Shown piece by piece: positions 25,650 through 35,178 of a DNA stretch of 50,953 nucleotides. This DNA is from Candidatus Uhrbacteria bacterium (lineage in GTDB: Bacteria; Patescibacteriota; Patescibacteriia; UBA9934). Below the pieces are notes generated by a model. The model saw only the letters and a program-made list of their open reading frames with translations, made no database searches and was not told where the DNA came from. Numbering within the stretch: the first letter of the stretch is position 1; the number at the start of each line of letters is the position of its first letter. The position numbers were made by a program, and so were the translations under genes. The stretch spans positions 1 to 50,953 of the forward strand of contig CALRCK010000006.1 of NCBI GenBank assembly GCA_943354605.1. Reading direction: 5' to 3'.

Positions 25650-27224
25650 ATGTACGAACGATTAGCGAAACTTGCGGCAGGCCTGAAACATCGCGAAAGC
25701 GTTGTTGCGGCAACGAACGGCGAAGAAACCATCGAAGTGAGCGTTCCGGCGTCTACCGCGGCGTCCATTTACGAAAAGGTTCGGAACACGCTCGATTATC
25801 AGGAAGAGCATCTGCTTCGTCGGAATGCCATCGAACGTATTCTTCGGAGGTATCGTGGGGGAGGCGAATCGCCAGAGCGCATGGCGAGCGAGTTGTTGAA
25901 GGAATTGGTGTGGGCGAAGTATTTGCCGAACAAGACGATTCCCGTGTCGTTGGGAAACACGATTGCGATTATTTTGGGAAAATACGAACCGTTGTTCGCG
26001 GCGGTCATGGCTGTAAAGGCGAACCGCGAGCGTTTGAACACCTGGTTGCTTGATGTTGTGGCCACAGAAGTGGAGTACACGCTTGCTCCACCAATGGCGG
26101 ACGAAGCAATGGCGAGTTTTATGTACGAGGAAATGCGTTCGCGCATTGATTGGGATCCAAAGTTTGGATTGAGCGACGAAACAAAAGATTTGCGATTGTA
26201 CACCGCGATTCATCGCACGCTCCTTAAGAGTAATGCCGCAACGCTGCGGTTCCGATTATTGACGCTGTACTACCCAACATGGGCCGGTGTGCAGGCGACA
26301 TCAGCACTGAGCGATGAGCTTGCGGCGAATATTGTTCGGGTTATTGAAACGATCGAGACAGAGATTTTTCACCCGCTCACCGATCGACTTTCACGCGTGC
26401 TTCGTCGGAAGGCGGGAATTTTCCGCGTGCTTCGCGACGCATTTGTGCATGCAAAAGATTCATCCAAGCTGTTGAACGATGCTGGTGCGTTGGACGACGC
26501 GGTGAAGGAGTTACTGCATCACCGTACGGATGATTTTCGTGTCCGATTGCGCCGAACGGTGGTGCGTACGGTGTTGTTCCTTTTTATTACGAAAATGTTA
26601 CTCGCATTGATTCTTGAGGTGCCATACGATTTGTTTATCGTGCAAGACGCGTCGTGGTATCCACTGTTGGTGAATATTACGTTCCATCCGTTGTTCTTGG
26701 CGCTGATCGGTTTGACGGTGACGATTCCGGAAAAGAAGAATGTGGAAGACTATCAAGGCGCCGTTCGCGCAATTGCGGTTGGTGCGCAACACCAGCTTCT
26801 TACGGTTCGCGTGAAGCGAGAGACCCGCGGTGCGTGGTTCAATATTTTCCTCGTGTTGTACGCGGCGTTGTTCATTGTGGTGTTCGGCTTTATTGCATCT
26901 CTTTTGCATGGATTTGGTTTCCACGCATTGTCTATTGGGTTGTTTGTGTTCTTCTTGTCGCTTGTCACCTTCTTTGGAATTCGCATCCGATCATCCACCA
27001 AAGACGTTGTGGCGTCTGATGCGCGAAATGGATTTATTGGTACAGCGTTTGATATTGTTTTATTGCCGATTGTTCGCGCTGGGGCATGGTTGTCCATTCG
27101 TGTTGCGAAGATTAACGTGTTCATTTATTTCTTCGACTTTATTGTTGAGGCGCCGTTGAAAGTCGCGATTGAGTTTGTGGAAAGTTGGCTAACGTTTGTT
27201 CGCGAGAAAAAGGAAGAGATCTAA
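25650..27224 (+). CDS. Conserved hypothetical membrane protein
   Basis: 524-aa ORF; soluble N-terminal part, several C-terminal TM helices; in operon context. Confidence 0.7.
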   Translation: MYERLAKLAAGLKHRESVVAATNGEETIEVSVPASTAASIYEKVRNTLDYQEEHLLRRNAIERILRRYRGGGESPERMASELLKELVWAKYLPNKTIPVSLGNTIAIILGKYEPLFAAVMAVKANRERLNTWLLDVVATEVEYTLAPPMADEAMASFMYEEMRSRIDWDPKFGLSDETKDLRLYTAIHRTLLKSNAATLRFRLLTLYYPTWAGVQATSALSDELAANIVRVIETIETEIFHPLTDRLSRVLRRKAGIFRVLRDAFVHAKDSSKLLNDAGALDDAVKELLHHRTDDFRVRLRRTVVRTVLFLFITKMLLALILEVPYDLFIVQDASWYPLLVNITFHPLFLALIGLTVTIPEKKNVEDYQGAVRAIAVGAQHQLLTVRVKRETRGAWFNIFLVLYAALFIVVFGFIASLLHGFGFHALSIGLFVFFLSLVTFFGIRIRSSTKDVVASDARNGFIGTAFDIVLLPIVRAGAWLSIRVAKINVFIYFFDFIVEAPLKVAIEFVESWLTFVREKKEEI

Positions 27225-27246
27225 AGTGCTGTGGTAAAATACGAAC

Positions 27247-28257
27247 ATGAACGAACGGAGGCATCGTGTTCGAGGGTTACGCGAAGCTGTGGCATTTGCT
27301 GCGGTGTGTTTGATGACGTTTGCCGCGGTGGCGTGTATTGGTGTGTTGATTCTTTTTCGTCCAGGCGCAGACAAACTTGGTATCACGTTTTCAAGCTCAT
27401 ATTCACAAGATCTTGATTTGAATCCGGAGGAAGTGTTCACGGCGCTCGTCGGCGACCTTGGTGCAAGGCGCGTGCGTATTCCGGTGTACTGGAGTGATCA
27501 GGAGACGGCACCTGGCGTGTACGATTTTTCGGCGTTGGATTCGTTGATGCAGATTGCAAGCGCGCACGATGTTGAGGTAACACTTGCCATTGGCATGAAA
27601 GTCCCGCGATGGCCAGAATGTTACTTGCCGGCGTTTGTGAATGGGATGAACGAGACGGAATTGAATGCCGCGGTGTACCGGTACGATCAAGCGCTGATCG
27701 ACCATGCAAAGGTGTATCCTGCGCTGGTGCGTTGGCAAGTAGAAAATGAGCCGCTCTTTCCGTACGGCGATTGCCCAACACCGTCGCTTGAGCGATTAAC
27801 GCACGAAGTTTCCTTGGTTCGTGGGCTTGATACGGTGCATCCGGTGATGCTCACCGTGAGTGGCGAACAGGAACCGTGGCTCGATCTTTCGAGCATTGCG
27901 GACACGATCGGTGTCAGTATGTATCGGTTTGCCTACAACGACGTGCTTGGTGCGGTCGCGTTTCCGTACAGTCCGCTGTACTACCGTGTTCATGCAATCA
28001 TCACCAAACTTTTCGCAAAGGATGTCGTTATTTCTGAGCTGCAAATGGAACCGTGGTTTACGGACGATCCACAAAAGCCAGAGTCGATGGTGGTTCCGTT
28101 CACTGCGGCCGATTTTGTTGATCACATGGATTTCGTGAAGCAAACCGGCATTCACGAGGTGTTGCTTTGGGGTGCGGAGTGGTGGTATTACCAGAAGGTT
28201 CATGGCGATCCTTCGCTCTGGAACATTGCGAAACAGGTATTCTCTGAGTCGAAATAA
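27247..28257 (+). CDS. Membrane-anchored clan GH-A glycoside hydrolase
   Basis: N-terminal TM; VRIPVYW...E..PG.YDF, WQVENEP (acid/base), ISELQ (nucleophile). Confidence 0.78.
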   Translation: MNERRHRVRGLREAVAFAAVCLMTFAAVACIGVLILFRPGADKLGITFSSSYSQDLDLNPEEVFTALVGDLGARRVRIPVYWSDQETAPGVYDFSALDSLMQIASAHDVEVTLAIGMKVPRWPECYLPAFVNGMNETELNAAVYRYDQALIDHAKVYPALVRWQVENEPLFPYGDCPTPSLERLTHEVSLVRGLDTVHPVMLTVSGEQEPWLDLSSIADTIGVSMYRFAYNDVLGAVAFPYSPLYYRVHAIITKLFAKDVVISELQMEPWFTDDPQKPESMVVPFTAADFVDHMDFVKQTGIHEVLLWGAEWWYYQKVHGDPSLWNIAKQVFSESK

Positions 28258-28460
28258 CAAGGATCCGTCAGTGATCATCACTCGCTGGTGGCTCGGATCC
28301 ATTCTTCTACACTCCGCGCGAATCCCCTACGCTGCAACGTCTCGCTTACGCTCGACTGCAGCTGTGGGGCGCGTGCTCGTTGGAAGAATGCATCCTCGCC
28401 ACTGGCGCGAGCGATGTCCTCGGCGCCACCGGTTGAATCGCTCGCTACGCTGGGTTCATC
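28257..28460 (+). repeat. Structured intergenic element ending in 34-bp repeat copy 2
   Basis: Nested stems CATTCTTC/GAAGAATG, CCCC/GGGG, GCTGCA/TGCAGC; repeat at 28418-28451. Confidence 0.6.
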
Positions 28461-28475
28461 TTCATTCTCGCCATT

Positions 28476-29153
28476 ATGCTCACACCCGCTCAAGAAAAAT
28501 TATTGCAGCAGCTCACAACCAAGCGAGGCAGACGCGAGGCGGAGATGTTCGTGATTGAAGGCGAGAAGTTTGTTCGCGATGCTGGTGGACTGGTGGAGTT
28601 CACGTTTACGCCTGCCGACACTGTGCGGTTCGCGGAATATGTTTCCACAGAAACACCGCAAGCGTTCGCTGCAGTCGCGCGCATTCCGAAAGTCACCATG
28701 AAGCGTTTCGCGGAATCGCCGACGATTGTTGTGCTCGACGGCGTGCAAGATCCAGGAAATGTTGGAACCATTTTGCGTGCGGCACTCGGGTTTGGCGCGA
28801 GTGTGTTGTTGGTGGAATCTGCGGAGGTGACGAATCCAAAAGTGGTTCGCGCGTCGGCAAGCGCGATTTTGCGAACGCCGTGGATGACCGTGGCGCGAGA
28901 AGATGCTGGGGCAATTATCGCATCGTTTCATCGGCCGGTGTATCGGCTCGAACTGCGCGACGGCGCGGTGTTGCCGAACGAAATTCGCGCTGAGCCGTGT
29001 GTGGTGGTTGCGGGCAGTGAAGGGAAGGGTATTACGCTTCCTATCGCAGGGACATCTGTCGCAATCCCGCATAATCCTGCACTTGAATCGCTGAACGTTG
29101 GCGTTGCGACATCAATTCTTTTGTATGAACGCTCCAGACAGCTCGCCGTTTAG
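28476..29153 (+). CDS. TrmH/SpoU-family RNA methyltransferase
   Basis: LDGVQDPGNVGTILR, GSEGKG, ESLNVGVA. Confidence 0.92.
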   Translation: MLTPAQEKLLQQLTTKRGRREAEMFVIEGEKFVRDAGGLVEFTFTPADTVRFAEYVSTETPQAFAAVARIPKVTMKRFAESPTIVVLDGVQDPGNVGTILRAALGFGASVLLVESAEVTNPKVVRASASAILRTPWMTVAREDAGAIIASFHRPVYRLELRDGAVLPNEIRAEPCVVVAGSEGKGITLPIAGTSVAIPHNPALESLNVGVATSILLYERSRQLAV

Positions 29154-30300
29154 CGTTCTTCAGCAGCACGGTGCGGCGCGGCGGGGAACGCTGCGCACCA
29201 TGCACGGCGTTGTGCAAACGCCGGTGTTTATGCCTATTGCGACGGCTGGCGCGCTGAAAACGCTGCTGCCAAGCGAAGTGGCGAATCTTGGTGCGTCGAT
29301 TATTCTGGGAAACACGTATCATCTTTTGCTCCGTCCGGGCGAGGAGGAGCTGAAGAAATTCGGCGGCGTTCGTCCATTTATGCATTGGGACGGCCCGTTG
29401 TTGACGGATAGCGGCGGATACCAAGTGTTTAGTTTGTCGAAGCTGAACACAACCGACGACGATGGCGTAACATTTCAATCGCACATTGATGGCAGCACAC
29501 ATCGGCTGACAGCAGAGCGCTCGATGGAAATTCAAGACGCGATCGGCTCTTCAATTCGCATGCAGTTCGACGATGTTGCGGCGGGGAACTCCATTCGCGA
29601 TCGCTACACTGTGGCGATGGAGCGATCGTTGCGTTGGGCTGCGCGATCAAAGAAACGATTTGATGAATTCGTCGTCAATCCCGCGAGTCGCCCCTTACTC
29701 TTCGGCATTGTTCAAGGTGGTACGCACCAAGATCTTCGTGCGCGATCGCTTCAGGGCCTCGTCAATATCGGCTTTGACGGGTACGCGATTGGCGGGCTTT
29801 CTGTTGGTGAATCGCGTGAGGATGCGTTTCGTATTGTTCGATCGCTCGCAAAAGACATGCCGGCTGATTGTCCGCGGTATTTTATGGGTGGGGGAATGCC
29901 GGAAGAAATTGTCGCGTACGTGTCGTTTGGCGTAGACATGTTCGATTGTGTATTGCCAACGCGCAACGCTCGGCATGGATCGTTGTTTGTGTGGAAGGGG
30001 AATCCAGCAGACGCGGTTCGTGAAGCGTTTGCCCGGGCGATGGATGGCGCTGCAGACTTTCGTATTGCCGAGGCACTGTACGAAAAGATCCAAATTACGA
30101 ATGAGCGCTTTACTGCGGACGACGCCCTCATCGACGCGTGGAACGACGCAGAAACGTCGAAAACGTTTTCTCGAGCGTATTTACGGCATCTTTTCAAAAC
30201 CGGCGAAACACTGGGGCTGCGGCTTGCAACCCTGCAAAATCTGGGCTTTTATCTGCGAATGATGGAGGAATTGCGTTTGATCACAGCGAATCCCTTGTGA
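29125..30300 (+). CDS. tgt: tRNA-guanine transglycosylase
   Basis: TPVFMP, NTYHL, TDSGGYQVFSL, GIVQGG, GGLSVGE, GVDMFDCVLPTRNAR. Confidence 0.95.
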   Translation: MNAPDSSPFSVLQQHGAARRGTLRTMHGVVQTPVFMPIATAGALKTLLPSEVANLGASIILGNTYHLLLRPGEEELKKFGGVRPFMHWDGPLLTDSGGYQVFSLSKLNTTDDDGVTFQSHIDGSTHRLTAERSMEIQDAIGSSIRMQFDDVAAGNSIRDRYTVAMERSLRWAARSKKRFDEFVVNPASRPLLFGIVQGGTHQDLRARSLQGLVNIGFDGYAIGGLSVGESREDAFRIVRSLAKDMPADCPRYFMGGGMPEEIVAYVSFGVDMFDCVLPTRNARHGSLFVWKGNPADAVREAFARAMDGAADFRIAEALYEKIQITNERFTADDALIDAWNDAETSKTFSRAYLRHLFKTGETLGLRLATLQNLGFYLRMMEELRLITANPL

Positions 30301-30332
30301 AAACTCTCAATTTTGCCTAGAATGCTCGCACT

Positions 30333-32330
30333 ATGAATCGTACTGCGATTGGTGCGTTTTTCCTTGTGGTGTTCGCTGTCGGCGCCGGCATCCTCTCGTT
30401 TCCAAAAGAATGGAACGGTGCAATGGCTGCAATGAAGGACAAGGTGGGTTTTCACCTTCCGTATGTTCCAGAACATGACTTTACTCTGGGCTTGGACCTG
30501 AAAGGCGGCGCGCATTTGGTGTACGAAGCTGACATGTCGTCCATCGACGAATCCGAGCGCACCACCGCACTTGAAGGCGTTCGCGATGTGGTGGAGCGTC
30601 GTGTGAACGCATTCGGCGTTGCGGAGCCAATCGTCCAAACAAATATCGCCGATGGTCATTATCGTGTGTTGGTGGATCTTCCTGGCGTGACTGATGTGAA
30701 GGACGCTATTGCGCAAATTGGTGAAACGCCGGTGTTGGCGTTCCGCACGCCAATCACGGACGTGAGCACCACACCAACTGCTGAACAACAGCAGCAAATT
30801 GACGATGCACAGAAAGCCGAACGTGCGAATGCGCTTGACGTGATGAATAAGGCGCTTGCTGGCGACGATTTTGCCGCGCTTGCAAAACAATATTCCATCG
30901 ATTCCGCAACAAAGGACAACGGCGGATACGCTGGATTCATTGCTGCAGACGACAAGGAATACGACGGTCTCGTGACACAGCTCGAAAAGGACCGCACGAA
31001 GATTGGTGTCGTCAACGGTTTGTACGAAGGGACGAGCAAGATGCATATCGTGAAGTACATCAGCAAGAAGACGGAATCTGAACCACGTATTTCGCACATT
31101 CTTATCTGTTACGCTGGTGCATCGGGTTGCACCCAGTCGCGAACAAAGGAAGAGGCGCTCGCGCTTGCAACGCAATTACAACAGGAAGCAACAACGAAGA
31201 ACTTTGCCGACCTCGTAAAAACCAACTCCGACGACTCGGGAAGTAAGGATGCTGGTGGCGACGTAGGGTATGTTGCGCGCGGCCAAATGGTACAGCCGTT
31301 TGAAGATGCGGCGTACGCGCTTCACGACACGCGGATTTCGGAAGTCGTGGAATCGGAATTCGGATACCACATTCTCTATCGCGTTGGTTCTCGTCCATCG
31401 CGCAGCTACGAAATTGCACAAATTGAGATGCCTTGGACGACAGCGTCCGATGTTCTTACCGTTGATCCATGGAAGAACACCGAGCTTTCAGGAAAGGACG
31501 TGAAACATGCATCGGTCGCATTCAACCAGAACAGCGGCGCACCGTACATCGTTTTGGACTTCAACGAAAATGGCACCAAGCTTTTCGGTGAACTGACGAA
31601 GGATAACGTTGGCAAAGTGATTGGCATCTTCCTTGATGGCCAACCAATCACCACACCAGTCGTTCAGGAACCGATCTACGGTGGCCAGGCGTCTATCACT
31701 GGAAGTTTCACGATTGCTGAGGCAAAGCTGCTTGCTCAGCGTTTGAATGCCGGTGCATTGCCAGTGCCAATCACCGTCATCAGTCAACAGACGATTGGCC
31801 CTGCGCTCGGATCTGCGTCGCTCGATCTCAGTGTGAAGGCAGGATTGATCGGATTCTTGCTTGTGGCACTCTTCATGATTGCGTATTACCGCCTTCCTGG
31901 TGTGGTCGCCGTTGGTGCGCTTGCGGTGTATGCATTGGTGAACTTGGCGCTCTTCAAAATTCTTGGTGTGACCATTACCTTGTCTGGAATTGCTGGATTC
32001 ATCTTCTCCCTTGGCATTGCAGTGGACGCCAACGTGCTCATTTTCGAGCGCTTGAAAGAAGAGCTTCGCAACGGTCGCGATCTTCCAACCGCAATGGAGG
32101 AAGCATTCCGCCGTGCATGGCCTTCCATTCGCGACGGTAACGCAACAACGCTTATCGCCACCGGAATTCTGTATACCATGACTTCCGGTTCAGTTCGTGG
32201 ATTCGCACTCACCTTGGCGCTTGGTGTGTTTGTGTCGTTGTTCTGCGCGTTCGTGGTGTCGCGATTTGTGCTCCGCCGTCTTGCACGCATGCCAAAGTTG
32301 CGAAAGTCGTTCTTCTTCCTTGGCCTCTAA
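30333..32330 (+). CDS. secD: Protein translocase subunit SecD with inserted parvulin PPIase domains
   Basis: LGLDLKGG, RRVNAFGVAEP, LNAGALPVP, G.AVDANVLIFER; insert with SHILI and GGDVGY...MVQPFEDAA...ESEFGYHIL. Confidence 0.93.
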   Translation: MNRTAIGAFFLVVFAVGAGILSFPKEWNGAMAAMKDKVGFHLPYVPEHDFTLGLDLKGGAHLVYEADMSSIDESERTTALEGVRDVVERRVNAFGVAEPIVQTNIADGHYRVLVDLPGVTDVKDAIAQIGETPVLAFRTPITDVSTTPTAEQQQQIDDAQKAERANALDVMNKALAGDDFAALAKQYSIDSATKDNGGYAGFIAADDKEYDGLVTQLEKDRTKIGVVNGLYEGTSKMHIVKYISKKTESEPRISHILICYAGASGCTQSRTKEEALALATQLQQEATTKNFADLVKTNSDDSGSKDAGGDVGYVARGQMVQPFEDAAYALHDTRISEVVESEFGYHILYRVGSRPSRSYEIAQIEMPWTTASDVLTVDPWKNTELSGKDVKHASVAFNQNSGAPYIVLDFNENGTKLFGELTKDNVGKVIGIFLDGQPITTPVVQEPIYGGQASITGSFTIAEAKLLAQRLNAGALPVPITVISQQTIGPALGSASLDLSVKAGLIGFLLVALFMIAYYRLPGVVAVGALAVYALVNLALFKILGVTITLSGIAGFIFSLGIAVDANVLIFERLKEELRNGRDLPTAMEEAFRRAWPSIRDGNATTLIATGILYTMTSGSVRGFALTLALGVFVSLFCAFVVSRFVLRRLARMPKLRKSFFFLGL

Positions 32331-32334
32331 TCTT

Positions 32335-33237
32335 ATGAAACTCTCCTTCAACGTTATTGGACATTCAAAGCTCTGGCTGACGATTTCCGGGGCAATCATC
32401 GTTGCAGCATGCGTTGCGCTGTTTACGTACGGATTGAACTTCGGTATCGACTTTACCGGTGGAAGCTTGCTTCAGGTGAGCGCGCCAAGTTCGTCGGTTG
32501 AATCGTTGCGCAATGCGGTGACGACCGCTGGGTTTGAGCCTGTCGTTCAGCAGGGCGAGGGCGATGCGTACTTTGTTCGCCTTGCGCCGGTGACTGAAGA
32601 ACAACACCAGACCATTCTCACCGCAGTGAAATCGGTTTCGCCTGATGCAACGGAAATCCGTTTCGACACTGTTGGTCCGGTGATTGGCGACGAACTTGAG
32701 AACGCGTCGCTGAAAGCAACGACGCTCATGCTTCTTCTCATTACGCTTTACGTGGCGTGGGCATTCCGCAAAGTCACCCGCCCTGTTGCATCGTGGAAAT
32801 ACGGTGTGGTCACGATGATTGCGGCCTTTCACGACGTGATTATTCCGCTTGGCGTGTTCGCCGTGCTTGGCCATTACCTCGGATACCAGGTGGATATGGC
32901 ATTCGTTGCCGCAGTGCTGACGATTCTTGGATACTCTATTAACGACACCATTGTGGTTCTTGACCGAACCCGTGAGAATCTTATCCGTCATCGTCATGGC
33001 GATGCATCGTTTGGCGACATTGTGAACAAGAGCGTTTTGGAAACCATCGCGCGTTCGTTGAACACCACGTTCGCAACATTGCTCCCACTTCTCGCCGTGT
33101 TCGTCGTTGGTGGTTCCACCACGCGTCCATTCGTGCTTGCGCTCATCATCGGTATGCTTTCTGGAGCGTATTCGTCCATTTTCGTTGCCAGCCCGTTGCT
33201 CGTTGAATGGGAAAAGTGGCGCGCGCATCGTACATAA
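32335..33237 (+). CDS. secF: Protein translocase subunit SecF
   Basis: GIDFTGG, VGPVIG.EL, HDV, GYSINDTIVV.DR.RE. Confidence 0.95.
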   Translation: MKLSFNVIGHSKLWLTISGAIIVAACVALFTYGLNFGIDFTGGSLLQVSAPSSSVESLRNAVTTAGFEPVVQQGEGDAYFVRLAPVTEEQHQTILTAVKSVSPDATEIRFDTVGPVIGDELENASLKATTLMLLLITLYVAWAFRKVTRPVASWKYGVVTMIAAFHDVIIPLGVFAVLGHYLGYQVDMAFVAAVLTILGYSINDTIVVLDRTRENLIRHRHGDASFGDIVNKSVLETIARSLNTTFATLLPLLAVFVVGGSTTRPFVLALIIGMLSGAYSSIFVASPLLVEWEKWRAHRT

Positions 33238-33249
33238 AATATTGAGAAG

Positions 33250-33277
33250 CAAAACGAGCTCGAAAGGGCTCGTTTTG
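33250..33277 (+). terminator. Intrinsic terminator after secF
   Basis: CAAAACGAGCTC-GAAA-GGGCTCGTTTTG. Confidence 0.8.
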
Positions 33278-33295
33278 GTATCTCATCACCCTGGC

Positions 33296-33630
33296 CTGAA
33301 CCTTTGAAGAGGGTGGGACGAGAGGGCATGCGGCTGGGAGTGTGGGGTACTGCGACAGAAAGAGGTACCCTCGAATTTTGTGGTTTTCAAACTGGGCAAC
33401 GGAATGTGATCTGAGCCTGAAATACACGAAATGCGAAATCGAATTCGGAAATATTCAAACCACGATCACAAACGACGCTGTCGACAACCACGCAGATCAC
33501 CAAAATCAACCAGCGTTTCCTTAATGCAAATGAGTTGCGTTAGCAAAACACCCTGTTTGAAATCAAATACCCCAGGCTCGCAAGCCCCCTCCTTACTCCC
33601 CTCCGCTCACAACCCCCCCTAAAGGTTCAG
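33296..33630 (-). repeat. Dispersed ~340-bp non-coding element, copy B (inverted)
   Basis: Plus-strand termini CTGAACCTTTGA...CTAAAGGTTCAG; reverse complement aligns along its length with copy C. Confidence 0.85.
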
Positions 33631-33681
33631 TTCAGGACTGTACTGCTGGCGCGTGCTATAATCGCAAGGAGTTTATCGCCT

Positions 33682-35172
33682 ATGATTGGCATTGCAATCC
33701 ACCTCCCGAATGTCGTTGTTCACTACCTAAAGGTCACGCCGTTTCCGCTCATGATGACGCAAGCATTGCTTCTCGTCGGATGGGTGCCGATTCTTGGGGT
33801 GATTATTTGGGGTTTAACACACATTTGGCTCGATTATAAGCAAGGAATCTATAGTAAGGGCTTGAAATGGGTGCTTCTTGAGGTGAATGTTCCTCAGGAT
33901 GCGATCAACACCCCGAAGGGCATGGAGAACTTTTTCATGAACCTTTCTGGCGTGAAGTCTGGCATTACCTGGCGAGAAATTTGGTTGGTTGGAAAAGAAC
34001 AGGCGTCGTTTAGCTTTGAAATAGTGAGCAACGAGGGGAAGATTCAGTTTTTGATTCGTACGATCGATAAGTACCGCGATCTTGTTGAAGCCGCACTCTA
34101 CGCGCAGTACCCAGAGGCTCAGTTTACCGAAGTTCCTGACTACGTGACGCAAATTCCGAAGGAGTATCCAAACAACGAGTACGACGTATTTGGTGGCGAA
34201 TTGGCGTTGTCGAACAAATCATATTTCCCAATCCGTACGTTTGAGGATTTTGAGCACCAGGGTGAGAAAGACTTCCGTTTTAAGGATCCATTGCTTCCAA
34301 TTATCGAAATGATGGGAAAGATGCGCGAAAAGGAGCATTATTGGATTCAGTTTATTATCCGTCCGCCGGATGACCAGCATTGGACGAAAGAGGGAATCGC
34401 ATACTTGAATAAGATGATGGGGAAGGAGGAGAAACACAAACCAGGATTCATGGATTCGTTGTCGGAAAACGCGCTATGGCTTCCAAAGGGCATTGCATCT
34501 CAGCTGATTGGCTTCGGCGGTGCTGCGGACGGGCATAAGGAAGAAAAGAAGGACGACTTCCGCATGTTCCGTATGACTCCACAGGAGCGATTGATGCTCG
34601 ATGCGGTTGCAGAAAAAATCTCCAAAGTTGGATGGAAGACGAAAATTCGCTTCTTGTACGCGGGTCCAAAAACGGCATTTCGCAAAGGCTTGATGGCAAG
34701 CTCGATGAAAGGTATGTGGGCGGTATTTACCAATCAGAATTTGAATGGTCTCAGCTTGCATGGCCCCGCGGTGCCAAAGGACGACTACTTCTGGCAAGCG
34801 TGGCAGATGCCACAGAAGCAGAAAAATCTCGTTTCTCGGTATCAGCGACGCAGCGGCGGTGAAGGAGGAAGCTGGCAGATGCTGAACACGGTTGAGCTTG
34901 CGACCTTATTCCACTTCCCAGCGGCAGATGCACGTACGCCTGTGCTTTCGACGACTGGGGCGCGCCGCGCTGAAGCGCCGAGTGCGTTGCAGGTGGCAAT
35001 GCATAACGAGCCTCAGCTCCAGAACTGGAAGCTGCAAAATGCCGACGCCAAAGAGGAAGAACGTGTGCAGAGCCTTCCCGTTGCGCCACTGAGCGTGCCA
35101 ACTCCAGCTTCGCCAACAGAACACGTATTGCTGCACGAGCCGGACGACGTTCCGCCGAATCTCCCGATGTAA
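33682..35172 (+). CDS. Conserved membrane-anchored protein partnered with the downstream ATPase
   Basis: N-terminal TM; LLEV.VP...P..ME.F, SFEI.S, YAQYP, FPIRTF.DF, ELATLFHFP; TGCTATAAT promoter at about 33654-33662. Confidence 0.7.
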   Translation: MIGIAIHLPNVVVHYLKVTPFPLMMTQALLLVGWVPILGVIIWGLTHIWLDYKQGIYSKGLKWVLLEVNVPQDAINTPKGMENFFMNLSGVKSGITWREIWLVGKEQASFSFEIVSNEGKIQFLIRTIDKYRDLVEAALYAQYPEAQFTEVPDYVTQIPKEYPNNEYDVFGGELALSNKSYFPIRTFEDFEHQGEKDFRFKDPLLPIIEMMGKMREKEHYWIQFIIRPPDDQHWTKEGIAYLNKMMGKEEKHKPGFMDSLSENALWLPKGIASQLIGFGGAADGHKEEKKDDFRMFRMTPQERLMLDAVAEKISKVGWKTKIRFLYAGPKTAFRKGLMASSMKGMWAVFTNQNLNGLSLHGPAVPKDDYFWQAWQMPQKQKNLVSRYQRRSGGEGGSWQMLNTVELATLFHFPAADARTPVLSTTGARRAEAPSALQVAMHNEPQLQNWKLQNADAKEEERVQSLPVAPLSVPTPASPTEHVLLHEPDDVPPNLPM

Positions 35173-35178
35173 TTCGTT

